This document shows positions 20,492-29,738 of a DNA stretch of 32,000 nucleotides, in pieces (the stretch's first letter is position 1; the number at the start of each line of letters is the position of its first letter). The DNA comes from Candidatus Saccharimonadota bacterium (lineage in GTDB: Bacteria; Patescibacteriota; Gracilibacteria; Absconditabacterales; Absconditicoccaceae), in assembly GCA_000503875.1 (NCBI GenBank), contig CP006913.1:90001-122000 (forward strand). Direction: 5' to 3'. The position numbers were made by a program, and so were the translations under genes. Below the pieces are notes generated by a model. The model did no database searches and was not told where the DNA came from. It was given only the letters and a program-made list of their open reading frames with translations.

Positions 20492-20520
20492 ACGCAAAAT
20501 TGATATTTGCGTTTTTATTT
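20492..20520 (+). terminator. Possible weak terminator or attenuator after the kinase gene
   Basis: ACGCAAA-attgata-TTTGCGT followed by TTTTATTT. The stem is short (7 bp). Confidence 0.4.
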
Positions 20521-20534
20521 ATTATATATTATCA

Positions 20535-21014
20535 ATGAACAATAAACCACTTTTATTAGCAGGAAGTATTGCTTTATGAATTATTGCATTAACGCTTGTA
20601 TTTATGGCAGGAAGAATGAGTGGAAACACTTGAAACTTCAACGATTTCAACGGAAGATGAGGTATGATGAGAGGTAATTTTGATGGAAAATGAAGTAATA
20701 GAGATTGAATGAGAGGACAAATGATGAACAGAGAAATGGAATTTATAAATGAATCCACGCTATCTGCAGAACAAAAAACACAATTAGATCAAATTAAAGA
20801 GTCTCAACAAGCAAAAATGCAAGAACTTATGCAATCTTTTCGTACAGGATCAGGTGTTTCAGAAACAGAAATTGATACCATTTGGAAAGCACATATGGCA
20901 GAAATTAGACCATTTGTTGCGCAAGATCAACTTGATGAATTTGATGCTTTTGTAGCAGAAGGTAAACCTCAGATGCCAAGAATGATGTGAGAAAAAGGAA
21001 GAGGAATGTGGTAA
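20535..21014 (+). CDS. Secreted/anchored Spy/CpxP/ZraP-like (LTxxQ-type) protein with a Gly/Asn/Arg-rich N-region
   Basis: Signal/anchor MNNKPLLLAGSIAL(G)IIALTLVFMAG, then GNT(G)NFNDFNGR(G)GMMRGNFDGK(G)SNRD(G)MRGQMM, then a helical region with LSAEQKTQLDQIKESQQAKMQEL. It lies immediately downstream of the TCS. TAA at 21012-21014. Confidence 0.45.
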
Positions 21015-21033
21015 AATAGAAAATACAATAATT

Positions 21034-21064
21034 AAAAAAACCTGGGTTCATTCCAGGTTTTTTT
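21034..21064. terminator. Bidirectional intrinsic terminator
   Basis: AAAAAAA-CCTGG-gttcatt-CCAGG-TTTTTTT, between the convergent Spy-like and rubrerythrin genes. Confidence 0.65.
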
Positions 21065-21074
21065 GATATGTTCT

Positions 21075-21659
21075 TTAATAATTCTCGCATTTAACAATGA
21101 AGTATTCTTCTTCATGACCACAGCTTGGACAAGCTTTAGGTGGTTTCTTACCTTTGTGAGTATGACCACATTTGGTACAAATCCATTCAATTTCTTCTGA
21201 TTTATTTCTTATTGTTTCGTTCTTTATTTGCGTATGTAATTTCTGATATCTTTCTGCATGATGCATTTCTGCATTCATAATAGCTTTAATTCTAACAGCT
21301 ACTTCTGGGTATCATTCTTCCAGAGCAACTTTTGCAAACATCGGATATAATTGTTCAAATTCGTGAGTTTCTCCAGCTACTGCATAACCAAGATTTTCCA
21401 AAGTAGATCAAAGTTTTACAAAAACCTCTGTTTCTACAGCTTGGATTTCCATATCCAATCATTCTTTTTCTTTGATAGCCAAAAACATTTTCATAAACCG
21501 AGAAGCGTGCTCCTTTTCTTGTTCAGCTGTTTCTTCAAAGATAGTTGCAATCTGAAGATATCATTCTTTTCTCGCTTTGCTTGCAAACATGGTATAGCGA
21601 TTTCTTGCTTGAGATTCACCTACAAATGCTTGTGCTAAATTAACTAATGTTTTTTTCAT
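21075..21659 (-). CDS. rbr: Rubrerythrin
   Basis: 194 aa. N-terminal ferritin-like diiron domain (GESQARNRYTMFA...EQEKEHA...AGETHEF...MNAEMHHAERY) and C-terminal rubredoxin-type CTKCGH...CPSCGH. Four in-frame TGA. Confidence 0.9.
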
Positions 21660-21692
21660 AATAAGTATAACTTAGTTCATAAAATATTTTAT

Positions 21693-21857
21693 TTAAGGAA
21701 CAATATTTAGTGTAGTATTTTGTTGTTCAAAATAATAGTTTGTCAAAAATCATTCAAATTCCTGTCCAATAGATTCTTTATAGAGAACGACAAAAACAAG
21801 AATAACTAAAAGAACAATAACTCTTTTTATAGTGTTGTTTCTCTGCGGTTTGTTCAT
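21693..21857 (-). CDS. Possible small membrane protein (54 aa)
   Basis: MNKPQRNNTIKRVIVLLVILVFVVLYKE... with one in-frame TGA. No homology recognised. It could be non-coding. Confidence 0.25.
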
Positions 21858-21952
21858 CTAAAATCGAAAAGATAAAAAATATATCTCTATCAGTATAGAT
21901 TTTAAAGGAAATTCCAAGTCAAAATAGAAAAAATAGTAAAAATCAAAAAATA

Positions 21953-21980
21953 TTGACATTGACAATTAAATCATTATAAA
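21953..21980 (+). promoter_or_regulatory. Sigma70-like promoter for the 22023 gene
   Basis: TTGACA (21953-21958), 16-nt spacer, TATAAA (21975-21980), 42 nt upstream of the ATG. Confidence 0.45.
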
Positions 21981-22022
21981 AAGATCCCATACATCAAAGT
22001 ATGGACCAAAAAAACCTAAAAT

Positions 22023-22436
22023 ATGACAAAGAAATTATCGACATTTAAAGAAGTTATGCAAAAAATGCATTACTGGGTTGATCTTTTTAAACAAGAACAA
22101 AGTGTTCGTCCTAGTAAAATAAGAGCTTCAAGGCTATTGTTTCTGTATACGAATGTAGCTGTTCTTTTGAAAGACGCAACGATTCTGGCTACTGATGGAG
22201 AGCATAAAATAGTAGAAGAAATTCAATCATTAATTCCATCACAGGAATCTTTGCTTGCATTATTCTTGATAATTGAAAAAAAATCTTCATTATCGAGCAA
22301 AGATTTGGGCCGGTTTTCTGTAGAAACAAGAACATTACTATTGCTTCTTCGAAATGAGGATAAGCTCAAAGAAAAAAAACAAATGTTTCAAGATAATCTT
22401 GAACAAATAATTGTTTTATTGCAACCGTTTGTATAA
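22023..22436 (+). CDS. Hypothetical protein (137 aa)
   Basis: Uninterrupted ORF with a promoter-like element upstream and a terminator downstream. No family recognised. Confidence 0.6.
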   Translation: MTKKLSTFKEVMQKMHYWVDLFKQEQSVRPSKIRASRLLFLYTNVAVLLKDATILATDGEHKIVEEIQSLIPSQESLLALFLIIEKKSSLSSKDLGRFSVETRTLLLLLRNEDKLKEKKQMFQDNLEQIIVLLQPFV

Positions 22437-22453
22437 CTAGGTATTTGTATTTT

Positions 22454-22485
22454 AAAAGCGCGAAGTTTTCTTCGCGCTTTTCTTG
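22454..22485. terminator. Intrinsic terminator
   Basis: AAAAGCGCGAAG-tttt-CTTCGCGCTTTT, a perfect 12-bp stem including the flanking A/T pairs. Confidence 0.8.
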
Positions 22486-22547
22486 TTATTTTTCTTTTCT
22501 TCTTATCTTTAATTGTTTTTTTCTAATTTCAATCCACACGGCAATTT

Positions 22548-23591
22548 TTTAACCAAAAAGAGATAGTAATTAACCCCAAAAAATACCAATGCCATAATCA
22601 AAAAGATTCAGATTTTATTTATTCTATTGGCCTCCTGCATCAACATTAAGATCATCATAATCAATGAGAAGATCCATACAAACGCTCTAATTTCTTTTCT
22701 ATTCCAGCCTAAGCCAAGAAGTCTATGGTGAAGGTGCGTATAATCACCTTTAAGCGGTGATTTTTTCATGACAAAAATTCTATAAAACCCTACCCAAATG
22801 GCATCAAAAATCACGAGAGATAATACTACAACAATTGTTCCTATCTTGGCACCTCCTGCGATCGAAAGATACGCCAAGCTAAATCCAAAAAACATAATTC
22901 CCACATCTCTCAGTAATGCCAAAGGTTTATACTCCACTATCGTGGACACCAAACTCAAGGCGAACAGCACCAAACTTAGGTTTTGTACCAAAGTCAGCGT
23001 CACCAGGTTCGCCTCCGTAAACACCGTAAAATGCTGAAATACTACATATTTAATCAACAAAAATATCGTCAAAAATCCTACACTAGAAACTCAACTTGCT
23101 TGCGCATAAATCCCATCAAACCAGTTGATTGCATTAATACACAAGATTGACCAGATAACAAAGAAAATAGCGAAAAACCATTGTGGCATCATCCATTTCC
23201 ATGATCCAATAAGGATTTCTTGTCCTTGAAAACCTCCTATATACACCGCCAAAATTGCTCCCAAAATATGAGATAACAATCTTATCCATGACGGTAAAGA
23301 AAATTTAATTTTATCGATATATCTAAGTTCATCCAATAATTGTACAAGCACAATTGGGAAGCTTCCTATCATCAATCCCCAAAACAAATTATTTCCCAGA
23401 TATTCTGGAAACAAGACCGCTACAATCCCAAAAAATCCCAGATACACGAAAACCCCTAAGATTGTTGGCACGGGCTTTCTTGTATTTTTAAGATCATTTC
23501 CTGGTTTATCCAAGACTCCTAATTTTCTAAATATCCACATTCATAGCAAACTTATCGCTATCGCACCTATCAATGAAAATAGTAAATTCAT
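22548..23591 (-). CDS. Glycosyltransferase family 4 polyprenyl-phosphate N-acetylhexosamine-1-phosphate transferase (WecA/TagO/MraY superfamily)
   Basis: 347 aa with TGA=Gly. Motifs seen: LGVLDKPGNDLKNTRKPVPTILG, INAINWFDGIYAQAS(G) and DYTHLHHRLL. Multiple TM helices. Track ORFs 23091..23540 and 22608..23072 are in frame. TAA at 22548-22550. Confidence 0.8.
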
Positions 23592-23726
23592 TAAATCTGA
23601 ATATAAGATAAATATTTTTTGTAGTGTAGTGTTTTTGTGGTTGTTTTCCAATGTTTTTTTCCCATTTGCAAATTTTCTTCAAAACCATACACTATCATCG
23701 TTTATTCAATTACTTATCAACAACAA

Positions 23727-24866
23727 ATGCAAGAATGACCGCAACATCAAGAAGAACTCAAAGTTTTTCTCGTAGATATAGTTACCAAAGATACTAAGCC
23801 AGAAATTCTCGCAGATAGAATGCGTGAATTGGAAAATCTCGTCAACACTTTTGGAGGAGTGGTGATTTTGCAGACTTATCAAAAAAAAGATCAGCCAGAC
23901 AATAAAACCTACGTTGGAAAGGGAAAACTTGAAGAGATTATTGCAGATATGCAAAGATTAGGTGCTAATTTACTCGTTGTTGGAAATATCCTCAAACCAA
24001 GACAAGTATATGAAATTAGCGAACAACTTCGTCCTTTCAAAATGAAGATCCGAGATAGAGTAGACCTTATTCTCAAAATTTTTGATAAACACGCAGAAGG
24101 AGGAGAATCTGGATTACAAATCGAATTGGCCGCTATCAAACATATGGGGCCTAGAATTTTCGGTATGGGAATAGAACTTTGACGTCAAGGAGGTGGCGGA
24201 AGCGGCGCGATGCGCTGACTTGGTGAGACCAATACCGAGATTATGAACCGCCACCTCAAAGAGAGGCAACGGAAAATCGCAAAAAAACTCGAAGACTACG
24301 AACATATGAGAAAACTTCATCGTGATTCTAGAATCAGAAAATGACTTCCTACGGTAGGAATCGTAGGATATACCAATGCAGGAAAATCTACTTTGCTCAA
24401 TGCACTTACCAAAAAGTGAGTACTTGCCGAGGATAAACTCTTCGCTACGCTCTGAACAAATGTCGGGAAATTATATATGATCACAGATCCAGAAACAGGT
24501 CGCGGCAAGGAAATCCTTATCAACGACACGATCTGATTTATCCGCGACCTTCCTCCAACTCTTATCAAAGCCTTTAAATCTACATTAGAAGATAGTATAG
24601 AATCTGATTTACTTTTGCACGTTATCGATGCTTCCGACACGTTTGTCCAAGAAAGAATCGACGTTGTTCACGAAATTCTCGCACATATCGGCGCAAAGCA
24701 ATCCAGAATCTTAGTCTTCAATAAAATTGATGCCATATCCCCAGAGCGCCTTCTCCAGCTCCAAGAAACTTATAAAGACGAAATAACTGCTCGAATTTCA
24801 GCCAAAGATCAACAAGGATTAGAAGAACTCAAAAAGCTCTTGATAGAGAAATTAAATTTGATATAA
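23727..24866 (+). CDS. hflX: GTPase HflX
   Basis: 379 aa. HflX N-domain (VGKGKLEEI...ILKIFDKHA...LQIELAAIKHMGPR), G1 GYTNAGKSTLLN, G3 NDTI(G)F with TGA at 24534-24536, and G4 NKID. Confidence 0.9.
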
Positions 24867-24901
24867 TCAAACTCGTAAAATAAAAAGAAAGGAAAAATAT
24901 C

Positions 24902-25111
24902 ATGGAAAAAGTAGTTACAATATTATTTAAAGGTGGAAAACTTTTTTTTGTGTATCTTCAAAAGGCTCTAGTAATAGCATTATCGATAATAGCGCTAGGT
25001 TGTCTTGTAATTGCATTTAGAAACTTTCAAGACTCTATTTATGGTCTTTTCTGCCTTGGTTTTGGTTCTATATTCGCACTAGGAGCTGTGTATATAGCAG
25101 AAATCAAATAA
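24902..25111 (+). CDS. Small two-helix membrane protein (69 aa), hypothetical
   Basis: Uninterrupted ORF with two hydrophobic segments and a terminator overlapping the stop codon. Confidence 0.5.
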   Translation: MEKVVTILFKGGKLFFVYLQKALVIALSIIALGCLVIAFRNFQDSIYGLFCLGFGSIFALGAVYIAEIK

Positions 25112-25145
25112 TCTCATACTTGTATTTTAGTATGGGATTTTTTTT
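25111..25145 (+). terminator. Intrinsic terminator
   Basis: ATCTCATACT-tgtatttt-AGTATGGGAT (10-bp stem with one G.U pair) followed by a T-run. Confidence 0.7.
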
Positions 25146-25183
25146 AAATGTCAATTCTTGTTTGGAATATTGATTATAATTTT

Positions 25184-25211
25184 TTTACAAAATACGAAAT
25201 TTGTGTATAAT
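25184..25211 (+). promoter_or_regulatory. Sigma70-like promoter for the beta-propeller gene
   Basis: TTTACA (25184-25189), 16-nt spacer, TATAAT (25206-25211), 37 nt upstream of the ATG at 25249. Confidence 0.4.
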
Positions 25212-25248
25212 AAAGTAACGATTTTTTAATTACTTTATTTTCATTATC

Positions 25249-27693
25249 ATGAAAAATTTTCATCATTGGATACTTACCAGTATTGCTATAGCATGATTAG
25301 TAATTACTAGTACACTTTTTACCCAAGCCCAGCAAACAACGGAAGGCGAAATTCAATTAGAAATTCAGGCAGGAAATTCTTGTTGTGTATACTGAACTTC
25401 AGTAGTATTTTGAGGAAAGGATATTAGCTTCGGTATTACAGAATTTTCTGGAGATTTTTTGAGCTATAATGGAACAAATACATGGGGTTGTGTAGATATG
25501 TTATGAACAGAGACATGACGAGCAATGTATATACAAATGTCATGAGATATGGAAAATCAAAATGGAAATAAAATAAATTCAGGGAATGTAAAAATAAGTT
25601 TTGATGATACTACTTTAATCTGATGAGATTGTCAATATACAGTAAATGGTGGAATTGATGTATCATTAAATACAGGAGTAACTTTAGTAGAAAAAGCTGA
25701 AATTGCATGAAATTATGGAAAAATATGTGAATTAGGAACAACAAATGTCGAACTAAAAGTAGTAACAAATACATGACAAGCACCAGGAAATTACCAATGA
25801 ACCTTAGTTATAGATTTACCAAGTTTTGCAAATGGTACCTGTGATGCAGAATTGATAGGAACATTCTATGATGCAGAAACAGATTGATTGGCTTATATAG
25901 GAAATATGTGATCAGTAGGAGTTACTTCTAATAGTTGATCATTCTCATACAAACCAGGAGAGCAAATAACATTCAAAGTATGAACAGTAACTTTAGGAAA
26001 TCCAGTTATTCCATCAGCGAACGGAAGTGTATTTGTGACAGATTTATTTGGAGTAGCTAGGACAGAAATAACAGATCCTAATGTAATCGAAATAGGTAGA
26101 TTATTGCAATGATTAGATACTGATAATAATCCAGAAAATGGAATCGTAATTGAATCAAGCATAGCATCACAATTTACAGAAAACAACAACGTAACAGCTT
26201 TGGATGTTAGCGCAAAACTTACTGCACTTAGTAAACCAATCAAAACAGCAAAACAAGTTGTGCAACATTTAGAAAAAACCGCAGAAGAAAAATTAAGTGA
26301 AGATGTAAATATTTGATACTCATCAGTTGAAATTATTCCTTGATGATCATATGAAGAACCCCAAATTGTTATAGATAGTTGAAATAATACGTATATTGCA
26401 TGAACTTTTGAACATGAAAATGCTTTAGCTGGAATGGTTTCTTTTTGATCAATAGAATTATATAATAACTGACAAAGTCGTGATGGATATATAGGTAAAA
26501 AGAATGTAAGTGGAGATTGGATTTGGGTAAAAAAATATGGATCAGATAGTTCTGATAATCCCAATTCTGTAAAAATAGATGCTATGGGTAATATATATAT
26601 ATGATGAAGTGTGTGATGATCTTTTGGTTGAACGGGCGTTTTTGGGCAAATAGTATTGAGCGGAGTTGTTGCCAATGAGTTGTGATGGTATAAAGAGCAC
26701 CCATTTGTTGCAAAGTTGGATAATGATGGGAATTGGTTGTGGGTAACTACAGGTTGATATGAAATATCTGCAATAGAAGTAGATCAAGTATGAAATAGTT
26801 ATGTAGTAGGAAATTATTATTCAACATGAACTTTTTGATCGATAGTATTTCCAAGTGAATGAGAATATACTTCATCTCTTTTTATATGAAAAATAGATAG
26901 TAATGGGAATTGGTTGTGGGTAAAAAAAATGGATACAAGTGCAGGTATAAGAATAGATACTCAAGGAAATATATATGTAATATGATCTTTTTGATGATCA
27001 GGAACTTTTGGAACAACGATATTAACTAGTGTTGCGCATTCTACTTTTGTAGCAAAAATAAGCTCATCTGGAGATTGGCTACGAGCTACCCAATCCCAAA
27101 CTTCAACAGATGTTAATTGTTCTTCTTCACTAAATTCATCAGCAATAGATCAACAATGAAATATTTATCTTCTGTGAACTTTATGATCTTATTGTGAAGA
27201 CCCAATATATTTTGGAGATACTATGTTAACTGGAGATGTTGCTGGTTATACTAGTTTTATTGCAAAGATGGATAGTAATGGAAATCGAGTAACCGCAAAA
27301 AAATGAATAGGATGAGTAGGCTTGGCAATAGACAAAAATTGATTTATTTATACAACAGCATCATTCGATGGTTCTATTTCCCTTTGATCTGCTCAACTTA
27401 CTAACAGATGGTCTTCTTTTTCATATAATGATATCGTAGGATATGTCGTGAAATTAAATCAGTCTCTTGAACCAGTTTCTGCTAATTTGTATGAATGAAT
27501 GGGAGTTTCATCAATAGTTGCTGACAGTTCAGATGATGTTTATCTTATAGGAACTATGTCTGACGTTAATTTATCTCTATGAGATGCTGTTTTGACATGA
27601 GCTCGAAATTCAAGTCTCCTATATAAAATGCCATTTCGAGATAAAGAAAGTATTTTGTTTTATCAAACAACACCTCCTGAACGAGCTAATTAA
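25249..27693 (+). CDS. Large secreted protein: signal peptide + unknown Cys-containing beta-rich N-domain + middle domain + ~6 SBBP-type beta-propeller repeats (814 aa)
   Basis: MKNFHHWILTSIAIA(G)LVITSTLFTQAQQ looks like a signal peptide. Repeats recur about every 60 aa: YIGKKNVSGDWIWVKK, FVAKLDNDGNWLWVTT, FIGKIDSNGNWLWVKK, FVAKISSSGDWLRAT, FIAKMDSNGNRV, YVVKLNQSLEPV. Each is followed by D..GN.Y..G motifs. I counted about 48 in-frame TGA, so no standard-code ORF is visible. TAA at 27691-27693. Confidence 0.8.
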
Positions 27694-27710
27694 TTATGAA
27701 TTAATTAATC

Positions 27711-27745
27711 AAAAAAAGCCTAGTCATCTTCGACTAGGTTTTTCT
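27711..27745. terminator. Bidirectional intrinsic terminator
   Basis: AAAAAAA-GCCTAGTC-atcttc-GACTAGGT-TTTT, between the convergent propeller and def genes. Confidence 0.7.
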
Positions 27746-27746
27746 T

Positions 27747-28241
27747 TTACATCTTTTTTACATTATTCTTTTTTATTAATTTATCTGTAAACAATATCCC
27801 CTCCAAGTGGTCCATTTCGTGTTGAACAATAACCGCGTTGAAATCCTTCAGTTTCTTTTTTTGCTTATTTCATTTTATATCCAAATATTCTACAGTTAAT
27901 GATTTATATCTTTTTACTTTTCCCAAAATATCAGGTAGAGAAATGCAAGCTTCTTCTCAAATAATAGTATCTTTAGAAAATTCTTTAATTTCAGGATTTA
28001 TCATAATTGTTTCTGCCAAAAGAGCTTCTTTAGTTTTTTTCATATCTCGTTGAGTTGTTGCAATTATACGAATATTTTTCCCCACTTGAGGAGCGGCAAG
28101 ACCAACACCATCATGTTTTCGCATCAATTTGATCAAATCTTGGCAAAATGTCTTTATTTCCGGTGTAATTTCATCAACAAATTCTGATTTTGATCTTAAG
28201 ATAGGATTGCGATCTCAAGTTTGGATTATATATTTTTGCAT
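27747..28241 (-). CDS. def: Peptide deformylase
   Basis: 164 aa. Motif 1 GVGLAAPQVG, motif 2 (G)EEACISLP (an EGCLS variant), and motif 3 QHEMDHLEG. Three in-frame TGA. Confidence 0.9.
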
Positions 28242-28396
28242 GGCTTAATAATTTAGTACATAAAGTCTATTCAAACCTAGCCAATTCCTCTTATACGATT
28301 TTGTCCTTGAAAATCAATATTAAAAACATATAGTATACGTTTGTAAGTAGTTCAACCGGATCTATGTATGTAGGTTCCAACTGGAAAGATCGCTGC

Positions 28397-28486
28397 GGAG
28401 AGATGGCAGAGCGGTTGAACGCGACAGTCTTGAAAACTGTTGTCCGGGCAACTGGACCGTGGGTTCGAATCCCACTCTCTCCGCCA
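28397..28486 (+). tRNA. tRNA-Ser, anticodon UGA (reads UCN), class II with long variable arm, CCA encoded
   Basis: Acceptor GGAGAGA/TCTCTCC, anticodon stem ACAGT/ACTGT with loop CTTGAAA, variable arm GTCCGGGCAACTGGAC, T-arm GTGGG-TTCGAAT-CCCAC, G73, CCA. It closely resembles bacterial tRNA-Ser. Confidence 0.93.
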
Positions 28487-28504
28487 TTTATATTACAACT
28501 TCGT

Positions 28505-29590
28505 ATGACAAGTAAAAAAATTCCTACCGTTAAATTTTTGTTATCATTAGGTTTTATTTCTTTGTTTACCTTTGTAATTGCATCACCAGACCTTTTCCCA
28601 AAAGCAGAGCAACAAATTGTTGTTAGTTCAAGCTTTGTGTGATATAATGATGAAATCTCTTCAGATATTACTATAGATATGATTACTATAGATGAAGCAA
28701 GTGATGCTGAAGTTGGAGTTCTCCATTATGTGGTACAACCAGGTGATGTATTGAGTAAAATTGCTAGTACATTTGGTACTACAGTTTCTAAAATACAAAA
28801 AGTTAATAAATTAAGTTGACCAATTAAACCCGGTCAAAAGCTTATTATTGCAAATGAAGACGTAGGTTTCTTGTATACTATGCCAGAAACTATCAATATA
28901 AAAATATTTACCAATAAATATAATTTGAACACAGAAGAATTTATGTCATTAAACTATATCCAAGACGAATCAGAGATGTTATATGAAGAACAGGATGTCT
29001 TTGTTAATATGACAAATGAACAAGCATATGATAATGGTCTATTAGAAAGACCAAAACCAGTAGTTATTATAAAACCAAAAGTATCATATAAACCAGTAAT
29101 TAATAAACCACAATGAAATAATTCAAGGACAACTTCTTCTTCATCAACAAGTACATCTAAGAAATCAAGTATAATTTCTCAATGGGTATACAAAAAAGAT
29201 ATAAAGAACTGATTCTATGCATGATATTGTACATGGTATGCAGCTATTATATCTCCAGAAATCTTCCCATATATAGAAGAAAATAAACAAGAAAGACCAT
29301 TTTGAGGAAACGCAAATCAACGATGTGATAATGCAGATAAAGCTGGTTTAAGAGTAGTATGGAATTCTACAAAGAATCCTGTAAAACCTTGAGCAGGTGC
29401 ATTGGTAGTGTATAAACAGGGTTGACCTAGTTATCGTTCTTATGGACACGTAGGTAAAGTTAAGGAAGTAGATTCTGACGCAGGAACATTTATTCTTACA
29501 GAAATGAATACAGCAGGTAAATTTATTGTAACTCAACGTAAGGATAGTATAGATAATGATAATATTAAATGTTATATTTATTCTAAATAA
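28505..29590 (+). CDS. LysM + CHAP domain peptidoglycan hydrolase (secreted/anchored)
   Basis: N-terminal anchor KFLLSLGFISLFTFVIA. LysM domain HYVVQPGDVLSKIASTFGTTVSKIQKVNKLS(G)PIKPGQKLII. Ser/Thr linker. CHAP-like catalytic Cys (G)YCTWYAA and His YGHVGKV. TAA at 29588-29590. Confidence 0.8.
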
Positions 29591-29604
29591 TATAAGAAAT
29601 ATAG

Positions 29605-29640
29605 AAAAGCCTGAGCAAAAACTCGGGTTTTTCTTTTTCT
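29605..29640 (+). terminator. Intrinsic terminator
   Basis: AAAAGCCTGAG-caaaaa-CTCGGGTTTTT: a short stem with one G.U pair, then a T-rich tract. Confidence 0.55.
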
Positions 29641-29738
29641 TCAAGCAAATATTCTTCTCTTGAAAATCTGCTCTTTTTTCATACAGTAGTCGAACACATA
29701 TCAATAGGTATGCCATTTTACTAATAGATAATAATAGT

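Noticed and set aside
20482-20520. A strong independent promoter plus attenuator for the Spy-like gene (TATAAT at 20482-20487 followed by a hairpin).
   Set aside because: No convincing -35 element is present. The hairpin has only a 7-bp AT-rich stem with an interrupted T-tract, so it is listed only as a weak terminator.
25893-26675. A 260-aa minus-strand ORF, the longest standard-code ORF in this region.
   Set aside because: It is antisense to the table-25 beta-propeller gene, its composition is low-complexity and hydrophobic-biased, and it has no motifs. It is open only because the sense strand is TGA-rich (TCA on the antisense). Similar antisense artefacts are 7213..7515, 3840..4172, 4695..5123, 16749..17309 and 29348..29716.
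26726-26923. A 21-nt exact DNA repeat, atgggaattggttgtgggtaa, at 26726 and 26903. Considered as a possible CRISPR-like or tandem repeat.
   Set aside because: Only two copies exist, about 177 nt apart, and both are in frame within the propeller gene, encoding the D(N/S)(D/N)GNWLWV blade motif. These are protein-level repeats, not a CRISPR array.
28397-28486. A tRNA with the letters TGA in its anticodon loop, considered as the UGA-decoding suppressor or Gly tRNA.
   Set aside because: The anticodon 5'-UGA-3' reads UCN serine codons. A UGA decoder needs the anticodon UCA. The long variable arm and overall sequence are those of a class II tRNA-Ser.
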